From: Barthelona sp. PCE
Taxonomy: Eukaryota
NCBI GenBank assembly: GCA_040285745.1
Contig: JAUFOR010000002.1
Coordinates: 248,001-312,000, forward strand
DNA: 64,000 nt
Reading direction: 5' to 3'
Part shown: positions 10,677 through 21,066 of the stretch, piece after piece
How the letters are laid out: each line of letters starts with the position of its first letter
Position numbering within the stretch: position 1 is the first letter of the stretch
Notes under the pieces: generated by a model
What the model saw: the letters and a program-made list of their open reading frames with translations, nothing else
Database searches by the model: none
What the model was told of the DNA's origin: nothing
Made by a program: the position numbers and the translations under genes

Positions 10677-13600
10677 ATGAATATCCTAGAACAATTTGAG
10701 GATGAAGAAAGTTTCATTCAGTACTTTGAGGAGAGTTTCGGGGCACATTCAACCACTGTTACGTTCAGTGACATGAAGTCAGAGCCACAAAGATTCTTGC
10801 AACAACTTAAAGAAAGCGAGGATGTATTTGCAGCTTTATCAATAATTCTACGATCATCTGAGGATGCCAGTGTGCTCAGAATAGTTCTTTCTGTTCTTTC
10901 ACAAGTCATACTGGCCCACTTCGATAGCCTGGACGAAGATGATCGAGAGAAAATCGACTTGATGATTATTTCAGAAATTACCGAGAACGATTCATTAGAT
11001 GTGTTGCATAAGTCTCAACTTGTTCATCTATGTGCCAAAAACTTTTACTCCAGTATATGTCGCATAGTAGAAGACGTTGCACTTCAGAGTTTAGATGGTG
11101 AGATCACTGATGAAATTGAAGAGTTTTTTATGGAGAATGACGTTATGTTTTTGAACGATCTATTCCATTACTTCTATGATTCTTGCCAGATCGACAATGA
11201 GAAGCAGGTTGTATCGTTAATATTTTATAAGGAATTATTGAAACAATTTCAGGAAACTGGTTTCCAATCTGGTCTGGTGCACTTTTTCTGTTATAACTAC
11301 TTTCAAAAAAGATTTTTAGAAAACCTCACAAAGAGCCTGTTTGTTAACTTTGAGATAGATAACAGTGATGATATTTCTATCAAAGAGCTACACAGTAATT
11401 TCAAATTAATTTTGGAGTGTCTTACTCTAATAGTTTCATGGAACTTCGACAACAGTGCAATAGATGGTTTTACGGTGTTTCCTCAGTGGTTTAAGGAGTT
11501 TTTCAATTTTGAGCTTGTTGAAAATTTGTTGGATTTCTTTGAACAGTTTTATTTCAATCAATTTCTGATCAATTCACTGTTAAATTTCTTCATAGTACTC
11601 ATTAAGAGCTGCCTTTGGATCAAAAAGGATCTCCCAGGCCTCATTCGAGTGTTTGTCAAATTTATTTCAATTTATTTCCAATTAGGAGCGGAGTTATTAT
11701 ACTCAGATTACATAAACATATGTGTCAACATCATTGAGATATTCAGCTATTTCATTCGACACCCAAAGTTAGTCATCAATGCAGATACTGGAGAAAACGA
11801 TTTGCTTCAGTTTGTTAATTTATTGTGCGAATATGTGACACCATTAATGGTAACGATGTACTCCAACAGTATGAACAACGTGGACACAGATCTTGTTGAT
11901 ACAACGGTTCGGTTCCTCAACGATTTCGTCTGCTTCTATGGTGATTACTGCTCTTCTTCCAATGAACTCTACGATTTTGCTCGGAGCTTGTTTACAGTAC
12001 GGCTTGAGAGGCTGACAGTCACAGAGCTGAATGATGAGGACGAATACGAAGACTTTGAGCTGCAGAACGAGCAGCTCAACCTCATTGCAAATGTTATGAA
12101 TATTGCCATGACTTTAGAGCCTGTACAGACATCGATAATGGATATTATTTCAATTTTAAACGATAATGTTGAAGAGTTTGGGTACAGCGTTCAAGAACAG
12201 CTTTGTTATTGCTACGATGTTCTTTGCGCTCTTTCTGCCAAGATGAAGGTTAATGATATCACCGTGGACAAGCGGGCGAAGAACAGAAGAGGTTCACTAT
12301 CTAGCATTCTTAAGAAACCTAATAACGAGATCATTCACACTTCGCATGTTTCCTATAATACTCGGGCTCAGGTTGGACCATTTGCTAGTCCTGATTTGAA
12401 TACTCTTGACGACTTCAAGTCCACACTCTTCCTTGAAGATTTATTTGAGTTTGAAAACAACGCGTATGAAGAGTTAAGCAGTTATCTTCTCAAAAAATCG
12501 ACTCAATTAGTTGTTTCTCTCTCAAATACGCTAAATGATGATGTTCTTATTGATAGATTTGTTTGTATATTGAAGCACACACCACTCTGTGACGATACAG
12601 AGTTCCAAAACTTTAATGGTGTTAACCTCATCAACTGTTGCGTCAAAATTATCAGCAACCTTAAGAAACAAGTGCTTCCATTCGATGAAATGTTTGAAAT
12701 CATATGCTCAATGGATATCCCAAAGCTTTTTGTGTGTTTAGTCGATTATATTGCAATGTTTGGGGATTTCAAAACAGTGTATGAGTTTATCGAATACACA
12801 ACTTCAGATAATTTCGTCACAGACCAAACAATATCATATCAGCTATCTTTTTTTGCTTGTTTAGACTTGCAGGACTTTAGTGAATATGAAAATGATATAA
12901 TTGAATTGAAATCTCAGTGTTTACAGAATATATTTGAATCTTTTCAAACAAATCTACCTTCATTACGAATTATTGGATTGTTTATCGATAGTATGGATCG
13001 AAATGTTCTTTTTGAAGGATTTTTTGACTATATTGTTGAATACTTTGATTTTGTTCGTAGTGATGTGAATAGATCTTCCAGTGCACTTAACTATGACATA
13101 AATTGTTCACTTAACTCTTTTGTTATAGATATTTCAGAAACTACAATCACTAAAGTATTAACTTTCTTCACAGATCAGGACTGTGAAGTAGGTCAGGCAT
13201 TCATTAAACGCAACTTCATGTCATTCTGTCAGTTCCCGAGCTTTTTATTAGAAGTCTACAACTGTATGAATAATTTCCCAGTTGAAAACTTAGATAGTGA
13301 AATTATAGATATGATACTTTATTTCGTAAGTACTGATGTGCTCAGTTACAACTCTCTTTTGTTTTTCTGTAATATCTTAAATGGAAACCCAGAGTTATTA
13401 TTAATTGAAAATTTCCTTAAATTCGTAGTGAAGTCGATTTTTTTTGAAAATTTTTCAGAATTTGAATATCAATATCTAAGCGAGTTTTGCTTGTTTTTAA
13501 TTGAAAATTATGATGAATTTTTTGAATTTTTAACAAGTCTTTTTGTTGTGGAAGGTTATGATGATGATAATAATAATGATGATGTCAAACCTATCCCAGA

Positions 13601-13790
13601 GCAGAAATTTGAGTTCTTCATTAATAGGCAGAAAACATTTATCCAGAATAATGATCTTCATCCTAACAGTTTTTCAACAAATTTGCTTATATTCGTTAAA
13701 CATGTATCAAGTTACTTTAAATCATACGGTAACGTCAATGCAATCCGTCTAACATCGCAAGAGTTATTGGATGATGAGGATAGTCAGTAA
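10677..13790 (+). CDS. Large acidic alpha-solenoid (HEAT/ARM) protein, possibly a divergent karyopherin (exportin-4/7-like)
   Basis: 1037-aa ORF of amphipathic helices. LIVSWNF and FPQWFKEFF resemble exportin-4/7 segments, weakly. Confidence 0.45.
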   Translation: MNILEQFEDEESFIQYFEESFGAHSTTVTFSDMKSEPQRFLQQLKESEDVFAALSIILRSSEDASVLRIVLSVLSQVILAHFDSLDEDDREKIDLMIISEITENDSLDVLHKSQLVHLCAKNFYSSICRIVEDVALQSLDGEITDEIEEFFMENDVMFLNDLFHYFYDSCQIDNEKQVVSLIFYKELLKQFQETGFQSGLVHFFCYNYFQKRFLENLTKSLFVNFEIDNSDDISIKELHSNFKLILECLTLIVSWNFDNSAIDGFTVFPQWFKEFFNFELVENLLDFFEQFYFNQFLINSLLNFFIVLIKSCLWIKKDLPGLIRVFVKFISIYFQLGAELLYSDYINICVNIIEIFSYFIRHPKLVINADTGENDLLQFVNLLCEYVTPLMVTMYSNSMNNVDTDLVDTTVRFLNDFVCFYGDYCSSSNELYDFARSLFTVRLERLTVTELNDEDEYEDFELQNEQLNLIANVMNIAMTLEPVQTSIMDIISILNDNVEEFGYSVQEQLCYCYDVLCALSAKMKVNDITVDKRAKNRRGSLSSILKKPNNEIIHTSHVSYNTRAQVGPFASPDLNTLDDFKSTLFLEDLFEFENNAYEELSSYLLKKSTQLVVSLSNTLNDDVLIDRFVCILKHTPLCDDTEFQNFNGVNLINCCVKIISNLKKQVLPFDEMFEIICSMDIPKLFVCLVDYIAMFGDFKTVYEFIEYTTSDNFVTDQTISYQLSFFACLDLQDFSEYENDIIELKSQCLQNIFESFQTNLPSLRIIGLFIDSMDRNVLFEGFFDYIVEYFDFVRSDVNRSSSALNYDINCSLNSFVIDISETTITKVLTFFTDQDCEVGQAFIKRNFMSFCQFPSFLLEVYNCMNNFPVENLDSEIIDMILYFVSTDVLSYNSLLFFCNILNGNPELLLIENFLKFVVKSIFFENFSEFEYQYLSEFCLFLIENYDEFFEFLTSLFVVEGYDDDNNNDDVKPIPEQKFEFFINRQKTFIQNNDLHPNSFSTNLLIFVKHVSSYFKSYGNVNAIRLTSQELLDDEDSQ

Positions 13791-13933
13791 ATAGAAACAT
13801 AGATTATTCACCTGCAGTTTCAGAAATCATTACAAATGTTCAGCAAGTTCTGACACCTAAAATTTAACAATAATTCTGATTTGCCCACGTTCCCTAAATA
13901 TTAGAGTGAAAGAACGAAGAAAAACATGAAAAT

Positions 13934-15440
13934 TAGACTTTGCAATAACAAATTTAAATTTTCCGGTGAAAGAAACTCGCGATTAGCGAGTTGTCCAATC
14001 TTTACTAATAATAGTAAATATAAAGATGTTTACAAGTGAATTTACCAGTAGCGGAAAGAAATTTTCATTCAGTTCCATTTTTCCACCACATTCACGTTTT
14101 TCGCTTATCCTACAATTACATGATTGGTGTCAAACATAGCCAGATACGTGTACAGAGGGGAATTGATTGTTCAGGTTGCAAGCAAACCTAGATATTTTGA
14201 AAACACTTTGTATTTCACTATCCAGCACAGAAAAAGTACTGGAACAGATGCAACTGAGCGTTTCATCATCAACAACTGCTGTTTTGCAAGCAGGAAAAGC
14301 TTCACTTCCGAAAAATATGGAGTTTTTGCACATTCATCCTCATTTGAGTTATTCAACTCCCATGCTAAGGGCAAAAGTCGGGTTAAGATGGAAATAGGCA
14401 AATCACTGACCAAGAATCAAGCCCATATGGTTAGTCTTTTCATTTTCACGGTAAAACCCTATTCTGATCACATTCCATTGGCTGATCAAAGGTATGATGA
14501 TATATTCGTTCTGGAAACAGGATTTAAAACCGTATGCTGTTGAAGATCACTCATATGCACTTGTTACTGATGTAATACGTGTTGAAAGAGAATTAAGTTA
14601 TCAGTTTGGGCATCCTAGGTATTACAAAGGTTTAGGGCTCACATTATTTCACTTCTTTGTACTAATTTTTGTGCTGATTTTTTTTCTTGCAATTAAGAGC
14701 TTCAAAATTTGCAGGATGTGTTGAATGATAATCATATTCCTTCAAGATCCCCTTTAAAATCTCTAAATGAAGGAATTTTGGCTGAAATACTATCCCCTTT
14801 CGATATCCCATCACCTTATGCAAATGAACCGCCTGTTTCAGCCGCAAGATCATCATCATATGAGTTCAATTTTGATGATCAGAGTTTGCGTGAGAGGGAT
14901 ATTCGCTCAGCGCTGATTTATGGTTGCCAACATGAAGATGTGGTTGGTTTGAGTGTGATTCAAGAGATTGTCAACAAGTACAAGACGGTTCCTGCAAGCA
15001 ACGCATGTGTTGAGCGTGGATTTTCGGTGTTAAAGACTGCACATACATGCAAACAAAAAATGCTTGGCACCCAATTGCGATTTGACTGGTTTTTATACCA
15101 TGAAGTAGGTGCAGTTGCAGCACTAGCAATTGAGGATATTGAGAAAGCCATGAATATTGAAAGGGAAGCTGAATAAGTAATAAGAGGAAAACTTCATTGT
15201 TTCACAGAATAAGTATGATTGTTCACCTCATTGTTGACTGTTCTTGTTCGTTATGAGGTTTATTTAATAAAAGAGAAAAGATTGAAAATCCAAAGTTTGG
15301 CGAAATGCAAAATTTCTTTCCGCTACTGGTAAATTCACTTGTAAACATCTTTATATTTACTATTATTAGTAAAGATTGGACAACTCGCTAATCGCGAGTT
15401 TCTTTCACCGGAAAATTTAAATTTGTTATTGCAAAGTCTA
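13934..15440. mobile_element. Second hAT-superfamily element with 132-bp TIRs and 8-bp TSD ATGAAAAT
   Basis: 13934-14065 is the reverse complement of 15309-15440, ends TAGAC...GTCTA. ATGAAAAT sits at 13926-13933 and 15441-15448. Internal ORF has KTVPASNACVERGFS. Confidence 0.93.
14124..15176 (+). pseudogene. hAT transposase-derived ORF fragments with a probable intron at 14630-14697
   Basis: Removing GTTTAG...ACTAAT...TTAAG (68 nt) joins ORF 14494 in frame to ORF 14709-15176, which carries the hAT dimerisation motif. The upstream part needs a frameshift. Confidence 0.65.
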
Positions 15441-15468
15441 ATGAAAATCATTTTTTCTTCCCTTTCAA

Positions 15469-17961
15469 ATGTCAGATCCGCTTAGTGATTCGTCTATGGG
15501 CATGACGGCGATTCCGTCGCAAAATTCAGACCTGCTTTCTAATATTTCAAGCTTGACTTTAAGTGGATCCGGTTTACTATCCACTGACATCTTATCTGAT
15601 GACATGGTCAACTTCAGACCGGAGCTGGGATCAGATGTGATGTCTCTTTCACAAACACAAGAAGATCACAATGAAGAAAGACGAGCATTGCGAACACAAA
15701 ACCAATTCAGCAGAGAATTTCAAGATGTTCGTAACGCTACAGTATTCGCCACTCCGGTTTCCCTCCACGACCAGATGATGCGTTTTGCTAATTTCATTGA
15801 TAATTTTCCAAAAGTTTTGCCAGAAGATTTTCAAGCCATTGAATATCGTGAAGAAGGAAATATTACTCAGGTACACTCTACGTTGGACATCCAGGAGCGT
15901 AAATACTACATGGAAATCGCTCGTGTATTAGATGAAGGTGGTGAAGGAGTTCTGACTGTTGAAATCAATTTACATGATCTTTTCATGTTCGATCCTATCC
16001 TGTATGCCTATCTTGTCAAGTTTCCGGGTCAATTAATTGCTGGTTTTGATCGTGTTCTTGAACAGACTGCTAATTATGTTATTCCAGCTCTCAATATTGC
16101 CTGTGGAAATTTCAGATTAAAAACTCGTCCTGTTAACATGAGGGAAACCCTTTCCGTACGTGAGCTGTCACCTAAAAATCTCAGTCAACTTGTACAGGTC
16201 ACTGGTATGATTACACGTTCCAGCTCCATTATTCCAGATATTGCTGTTGTTGTTTTCAGATGTGAAGCCTGTGCTTACTCATATCGTGCAGCACCTGAAA
16301 ATGAGCGGTTTAGACCCCCTGCCCGCTGTCCTTCGTGTCGTAAAAGTCATAGTTGGAGACCATTGTACAACATTGCAACGTTCAAAACTTTGCAACTAAT
16401 AACCTTACAAGAGTCTCCAGAAAACGTGCCCCAAGGTGAGACGCCGCGCAACATCACAGTTCATCTATGGGACGAACTGGTTGAGGGGTGCAAGCCTGGT
16501 GATCGGGTCAATCTAGTCTGTATATATCGAGCAGCACAACACAGGTTAAATCCACGAACAAGAAAGATCAGAACACTCTTCCCCGTTTTCCTGGATTGCC
16601 TTGCAGTCGAAAAGGACAAGAGTGTTGCTGACTTCAGTGATGAGACATTAAGAATTAGTGATGAAGACATTGAAAGTTTCAATAGGGTTGCTGAACGTGA
16701 AGACCTCTATGACTATCTTGCAGGCAGTCTCGCACCATCAATCTTTGGCATGGAAGATGTTAAAAAGGGTCTGTTATGTATGCTTTTTGGTGGTGTAGAA
16801 AAGATGCGCAGTGGTAAGGTAGTTGGTAGACCTGAGATCAATATACTTATGGTTGGAGATCCTGGTGTTGCCAAATCACAGCTCCTACACTACGTGCATA
16901 AACTGTCGAACCGTGGAATGTATACGAGCGGAAAAGGATCAAGTGGTGTTGGTCTTACAGCTTATATCACAAAAGATCCTGAGAAGGGAGAGTTTGTGCT
17001 CGAAAGTGGTGCGTTGGTACTCAGTGACCGAGGTATATGTTGTATTGATGAGTTTGATAAACTTCCTGTGGCCACACGATCAGTGTTACATGAAGCTATG
17101 GAACAAAGGACTATATCTATCGCCAAAGCAGGTGTTGTTGCATCACTCAACTCAAGATGCTCCATTGTTGCTGCTGCCAATCCAATAGCGTCGAGATATG
17201 ACCCGAAGAAGTCTATTGTAGATAACATCAACATTGAACCAACTTTGCTCAGTCGTTTCGATCTTGTATACCTCCTCAGAGATGAGCCAAACCATAACAA
17301 TGACAGGCGCCTGGCGAGACACGTTGCTAACTTATTTGTTGACAGCGACGCAAACCGAATCCAGCATGAATTTATGCCAATTAAAGATCTGGTGCTTTAC
17401 ATATCTTACGCCAAACTCTACTGCAAACCAACACTGTCCGTTAAGGCTGGTGAAGAAATAGTTGATAGATATGTCGAAATGCGTGATCGTGGACGTTCTA
17501 GAAATACTTTAGCTGCTGCCCCTCGTCAACTTGAATCGATTATCCGTATCTCTGAGGCTCTTGCCCGACTTCGTTTGGCAGGTAGAAATGCCGATTTCGT
17601 TTCTAATCCTAACGTTGAGGATCGTAATAACGAGGTTACCGTAGCTGATGTTGAAGAAGCACATCGTTTGATGCAAGAAGCATTTTCAAAGAGTGCTTCG
17701 GATGGATATCAAGAAGTAGATATGTCCACTATATTTACTGGTCTAGCGTCCGAAGACTATAATCAAATGTACCGTATCGAACGGATTTTACCTGAATTTT
17801 TGCAATCGAGATCAGAACTATCATTAAATGAAATTGTTGGCTTGCTCCAAATGCACAACATTGACATATCTCGCTCACAGCTCGATCGTATTCTCCGACT
17901 CATTTCTTCACAGAGTGATTCTCAATTTAGTTATCGTGGCAGTTCCCTATCACTTTTCTAA
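15469..17961 (+). CDS. MCM4: DNA replication licensing factor MCM4
   Basis: Zn finger CEAC...CPSC, Walker A GDPGVAKSQ, YTSGKGSSGVGLTAYITKDPE, ESGALVLSDRGICCIDEFDK and arginine finger SRFD. Confidence 0.93.
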   Translation: MSDPLSDSSMGMTAIPSQNSDLLSNISSLTLSGSGLLSTDILSDDMVNFRPELGSDVMSLSQTQEDHNEERRALRTQNQFSREFQDVRNATVFATPVSLHDQMMRFANFIDNFPKVLPEDFQAIEYREEGNITQVHSTLDIQERKYYMEIARVLDEGGEGVLTVEINLHDLFMFDPILYAYLVKFPGQLIAGFDRVLEQTANYVIPALNIACGNFRLKTRPVNMRETLSVRELSPKNLSQLVQVTGMITRSSSIIPDIAVVVFRCEACAYSYRAAPENERFRPPARCPSCRKSHSWRPLYNIATFKTLQLITLQESPENVPQGETPRNITVHLWDELVEGCKPGDRVNLVCIYRAAQHRLNPRTRKIRTLFPVFLDCLAVEKDKSVADFSDETLRISDEDIESFNRVAEREDLYDYLAGSLAPSIFGMEDVKKGLLCMLFGGVEKMRSGKVVGRPEINILMVGDPGVAKSQLLHYVHKLSNRGMYTSGKGSSGVGLTAYITKDPEKGEFVLESGALVLSDRGICCIDEFDKLPVATRSVLHEAMEQRTISIAKAGVVASLNSRCSIVAAANPIASRYDPKKSIVDNINIEPTLLSRFDLVYLLRDEPNHNNDRRLARHVANLFVDSDANRIQHEFMPIKDLVLYISYAKLYCKPTLSVKAGEEIVDRYVEMRDRGRSRNTLAAAPRQLESIIRISEALARLRLAGRNADFVSNPNVEDRNNEVTVADVEEAHRLMQEAFSKSASDGYQEVDMSTIFTGLASEDYNQMYRIERILPEFLQSRSELSLNEIVGLLQMHNIDISRSQLDRILRLISSQSDSQFSYRGSSLSLF

Positions 17962-19080
17962 GTTTCCAATGATTTCACGCAACGATTGACACTCAAGAAC
18001 ATACCTGGAGTCGTGCTTTTTCAACATCGAAGCGATAGAAAGAGCGTGTTTCGGAAAGAAGTGTTCAGGGTTTTTGTAGTAGTTGAACAATTGTACAAAA
18101 GCAGGCAGTCCACCACCGTTGGTGACGGCCGACATATAGAGCGACCTGTAGCCTTGCCAATTTGCAGGGACCAAAGCAGCCAATTTCTCAAAATCTTTTC
18201 CTTCAATGGCCGTCTCAATTGCAGACAATTCCTCCTCTGATTTATCAAGCAATCTTGCCTGTTGTGTAGCACCAGATATACATGACTCACAGCTGCAAGG
18301 GTTAATGAATAAATGTTCCAACTCACTCTGACCCTCATCACTCATTGGAAATTCTACGTAACTAATCGTAATTTCTTCGTTAGCCTCAATTGGTCTGATG
18401 GCACGGATCTCTAACACTGATGAGTGGTTGTGATCTGAACTATGCGATCCCGAAACAGTGCTAAGAATAGCGTTTGGATTACACGAATGATTGATCATTG
18501 CGATGCGTGGGAACAGGCCCATACCAACATCTGCTAATCCAAATTGGAGCCCATGGCAGTTGGACATAACTACACCAAGATAATGAATGAAAAAATCTGG
18601 AGCAGTACCTGTTTCACCCATGCTTTTTACGGCATCAAAATTATCAACTAATTTCTTTATGTATCTGTATGCAGGCTCCACGAGCGGCATTGACTCGTTA
18701 GAAATTGAAGCAGGAACAACGCTGTTGGATAATCGATTAACAACATCTTGCAATGCTAGAGCAAGATAAATGAAGTCAATACTCAAATCTTCGATGCCGT
18801 GCTCGTCCATATACTCAGCTGCCCTTTGATACAAAGATAAAAACTCAGGTTGAGGAGTGCAAAATTTGTTTCCATCATGTAGCTCCTTTGGAAGTAAACA
18901 AACGTCACAGAAATCACCCTGCTTGTGCTTGAACAACACCTTAACAGCACTCCTTTCTCTCAAAATAACATCTCCCACTTCAAAATTCTTTTTTGCAACA
19001 GCACAACGACCCTTTGATTGATGTACTCTCAAGAACAGTTGAAACGGGCCAAAAGCTGGTTTGTTGCGTCTCTTGCTCAT
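17950..19080 (-). CDS. SET-domain lysine methyltransferase, SMYD-like
   Basis: KGRCAVAKKNFEVGDVIL, GLFPRIAMINHSCNPNA, IRAIRPIEANEEITISY and post-SET CSCESC. Confidence 0.88.
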   Translation of the reverse strand: MSKRRNKPAFGPFQLFLRVHQSKGRCAVAKKNFEVGDVILRERSAVKVLFKHKQGDFCDVCLLPKELHDGNKFCTPQPEFLSLYQRAAEYMDEHGIEDLSIDFIYLALALQDVVNRLSNSVVPASISNESMPLVEPAYRYIKKLVDNFDAVKSMGETGTAPDFFIHYLGVVMSNCHGLQFGLADVGMGLFPRIAMINHSCNPNAILSTVSGSHSSDHNHSSVLEIRAIRPIEANEEITISYVEFPMSDEGQSELEHLFINPCSCESCISGATQQARLLDKSEEELSAIETAIEGKDFEKLAALVPANWQGYRSLYMSAVTNGGGLPAFVQLFNYYKNPEHFFPKHALSIASMLKKHDSRYVLECQSLREIIGNLEK

Positions 19081-19125
19081 GAAAAAGTTATGGATAAATG
19101 TATAAAAATTGATCTTTATTAAGTT

Positions 19126-20895
19126 CTAGTCGTGTTTCTGATCAAATGCGTAACAAATGCGGAATATTGCCCACACAGATCTCCTAAAAATCTCAATAAG
19201 ACAAAATACAAGAACAATATACTCATTATCAACACCAAAGGCGTTAGGAATCAGTGAAACAACCCAACAGAATCGTCCACATGCGTCTAAGAAAATAACT
19301 AAGTAATAAACGTAAAACGGGAAGTACAACTTCTTTCTTAATGCATAGCGGACGTTTTCTTCCAAAAGACCCCAATCCTTTCTAACATCCCAGAAAAAAC
19401 AATATATTGCAGCACCTAGGGTAAAGATAAACCAGAAGAATGAATGCGAAGCAAAAAAAGATAAGAAAACTGCTATTGTTGATGTCATATATTTACCAGC
19501 ATTAACTAAGTGACTCTTATCGTGTCTTTCATCATAGAACTTCCGCAAACACTGGAAAAATCGAATTACATAAGGTGACATGGCCATGATAGCTGCAACA
19601 CGTGATTGACTGTTACACATATATGCATTATCGATGTCATTATACATTCCTGTTGAAACAAAGCATATTGAGTATCGTAAATCGATTAGAGGCTTCGATA
19701 GAGAAGTTAATACATCAGCTATGAAGTTATGTTTGAATGCAACTGTTGTAAATGGACTTCCCATACATTGTAATATAACCAATAGTATCCACATCCTTGT
19801 TGAACGGTGAAAGAACCTAAAAGGTAATAGGAGAACAATAAAGAAAAGAATAAACGCTATTGGAGGATAATAATAAAACTTGAGACCAAAGTAAGCTGGT
19901 GCTTCATCCAAGGAAAATAAATCTTTCTGCACACCAGATGTATAAAAATAAAAAGCAAAACATACACAACAGCTCATTGTTCCTGCCAACTTAAAAAGAG
20001 AACTGGGAGATAATGTTTTCGACTGATCAAGTTCGAGAACACTAACATATGGAATGTTATTCTTAATGCAAAAAAATACAATACCACCCCATAACCAAAT
20101 GAGTAAGTTGACAGAGAAAAGAAACCTGAATATCGGAAATACATCAGCAAAGTGTGATAAATGTGTGAAATTGTGTGAAGTTACCACTAACGGATACAAA
20201 ATTATTAACATGACGATGAGAAAACCTATGACAACGCCTAACTTAAAACCATTCAGTGTAAAGAACCTAGGGGCCTTTGAAAGGTCTCTTTTCATTTCTT
20301 TTCTGTTCCCATTTGTAAACTTCTTTGTGTAAACCAACTCCAATTGGGCAATTAATGAATCTACAAAGAGTAGATTAGTTGTCATATCGCTTTCTTCAAC
20401 CGCTTTACGCACCCGATCACTATCAAGCCCGCCTTCCTTCATGCAATCACATAAAAATGTAATAGCATGATAGTTAAGACGACAGAATTCCTTAATGTTC
20501 TCTAAGAACACGTATGCCTCCTTAAATCCGTCCCTGGATAGCTGTTCGTTAATACCCACCCTATGATAATGATGTAACTGCTCGTGTTTAAGTGTTGATG
20601 GAAGAAGAGGCGTATCTTCATCCTCTTCTTCGGAGCTATCTGTGTAGACGTGGTCCAGTTCCGTAATTGCGTTTGTTTTCAACGTATTCATGAAGAAACG
20701 TGATACTCTATTAATTTCATCAAATACCTCTTTCTCAAAAACGTTTATATTAACTGGTTCTGGTTGTTTAAGCATTTTTGCAAAGCGTGAAAACTGGAAG
20801 TACTTCGCTTTCCATTCCAAACGCTTAGAATCGGAATAATATCGCTGAAACTGATTGCCCTTCATCAAATTAATGTGTGCTTGCCTCTTAGGCAT
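19126..20895 (-). CDS. SPX-EXS phosphate exporter, XPR1/SYG1/PHO1 family
   Basis: SPX-like EWKAKYFQF and FCRLNYHAI. EXS motifs FIADVLTS, RFFQCLRKFYD, HLVNAGKY, WDVRKDWGL and EIFRRSVWAIFR. Likely start is the ATG at 20895. Confidence 0.9.
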   Translation of the reverse strand: MPKRQAHINLMKGNQFQRYYSDSKRLEWKAKYFQFSRFAKMLKQPEPVNINVFEKEVFDEINRVSRFFMNTLKTNAITELDHVYTDSSEEEDEDTPLLPSTLKHEQLHHYHRVGINEQLSRDGFKEAYVFLENIKEFCRLNYHAITFLCDCMKEGGLDSDRVRKAVEESDMTTNLLFVDSLIAQLELVYTKKFTNGNRKEMKRDLSKAPRFFTLNGFKLGVVIGFLIVMLIILYPLVVTSHNFTHLSHFADVFPIFRFLFSVNLLIWLWGGIVFFCIKNNIPYVSVLELDQSKTLSPSSLFKLAGTMSCCVCFAFYFYTSGVQKDLFSLDEAPAYFGLKFYYYPPIAFILFFIVLLLPFRFFHRSTRMWILLVILQCMGSPFTTVAFKHNFIADVLTSLSKPLIDLRYSICFVSTGMYNDIDNAYMCNSQSRVAAIMAMSPYVIRFFQCLRKFYDERHDKSHLVNAGKYMTSTIAVFLSFFASHSFFWFIFTLGAAIYCFFWDVRKDWGLLEENVRYALRKKLYFPFYVYYLVIFLDACGRFCWVVSLIPNAFGVDNEYIVLVFCLIEIFRRSVWAIFRICYAFDQKHD

Positions 20896-21066
20896 GTTCA
20901 ACTCCAAATGGGGGTTAATTTTGATGATACGTTGACGAACAAAATCGGTCACAACAAAAGTTGTAAGAAGTAAAAAAACTCTATACCAAAATGCTAATTT
21001 ACTATGAGCTAAAATGTGCCCTGTAGGCCATATAAGCACTATTCATGAAATCTAAAATTAAATATC

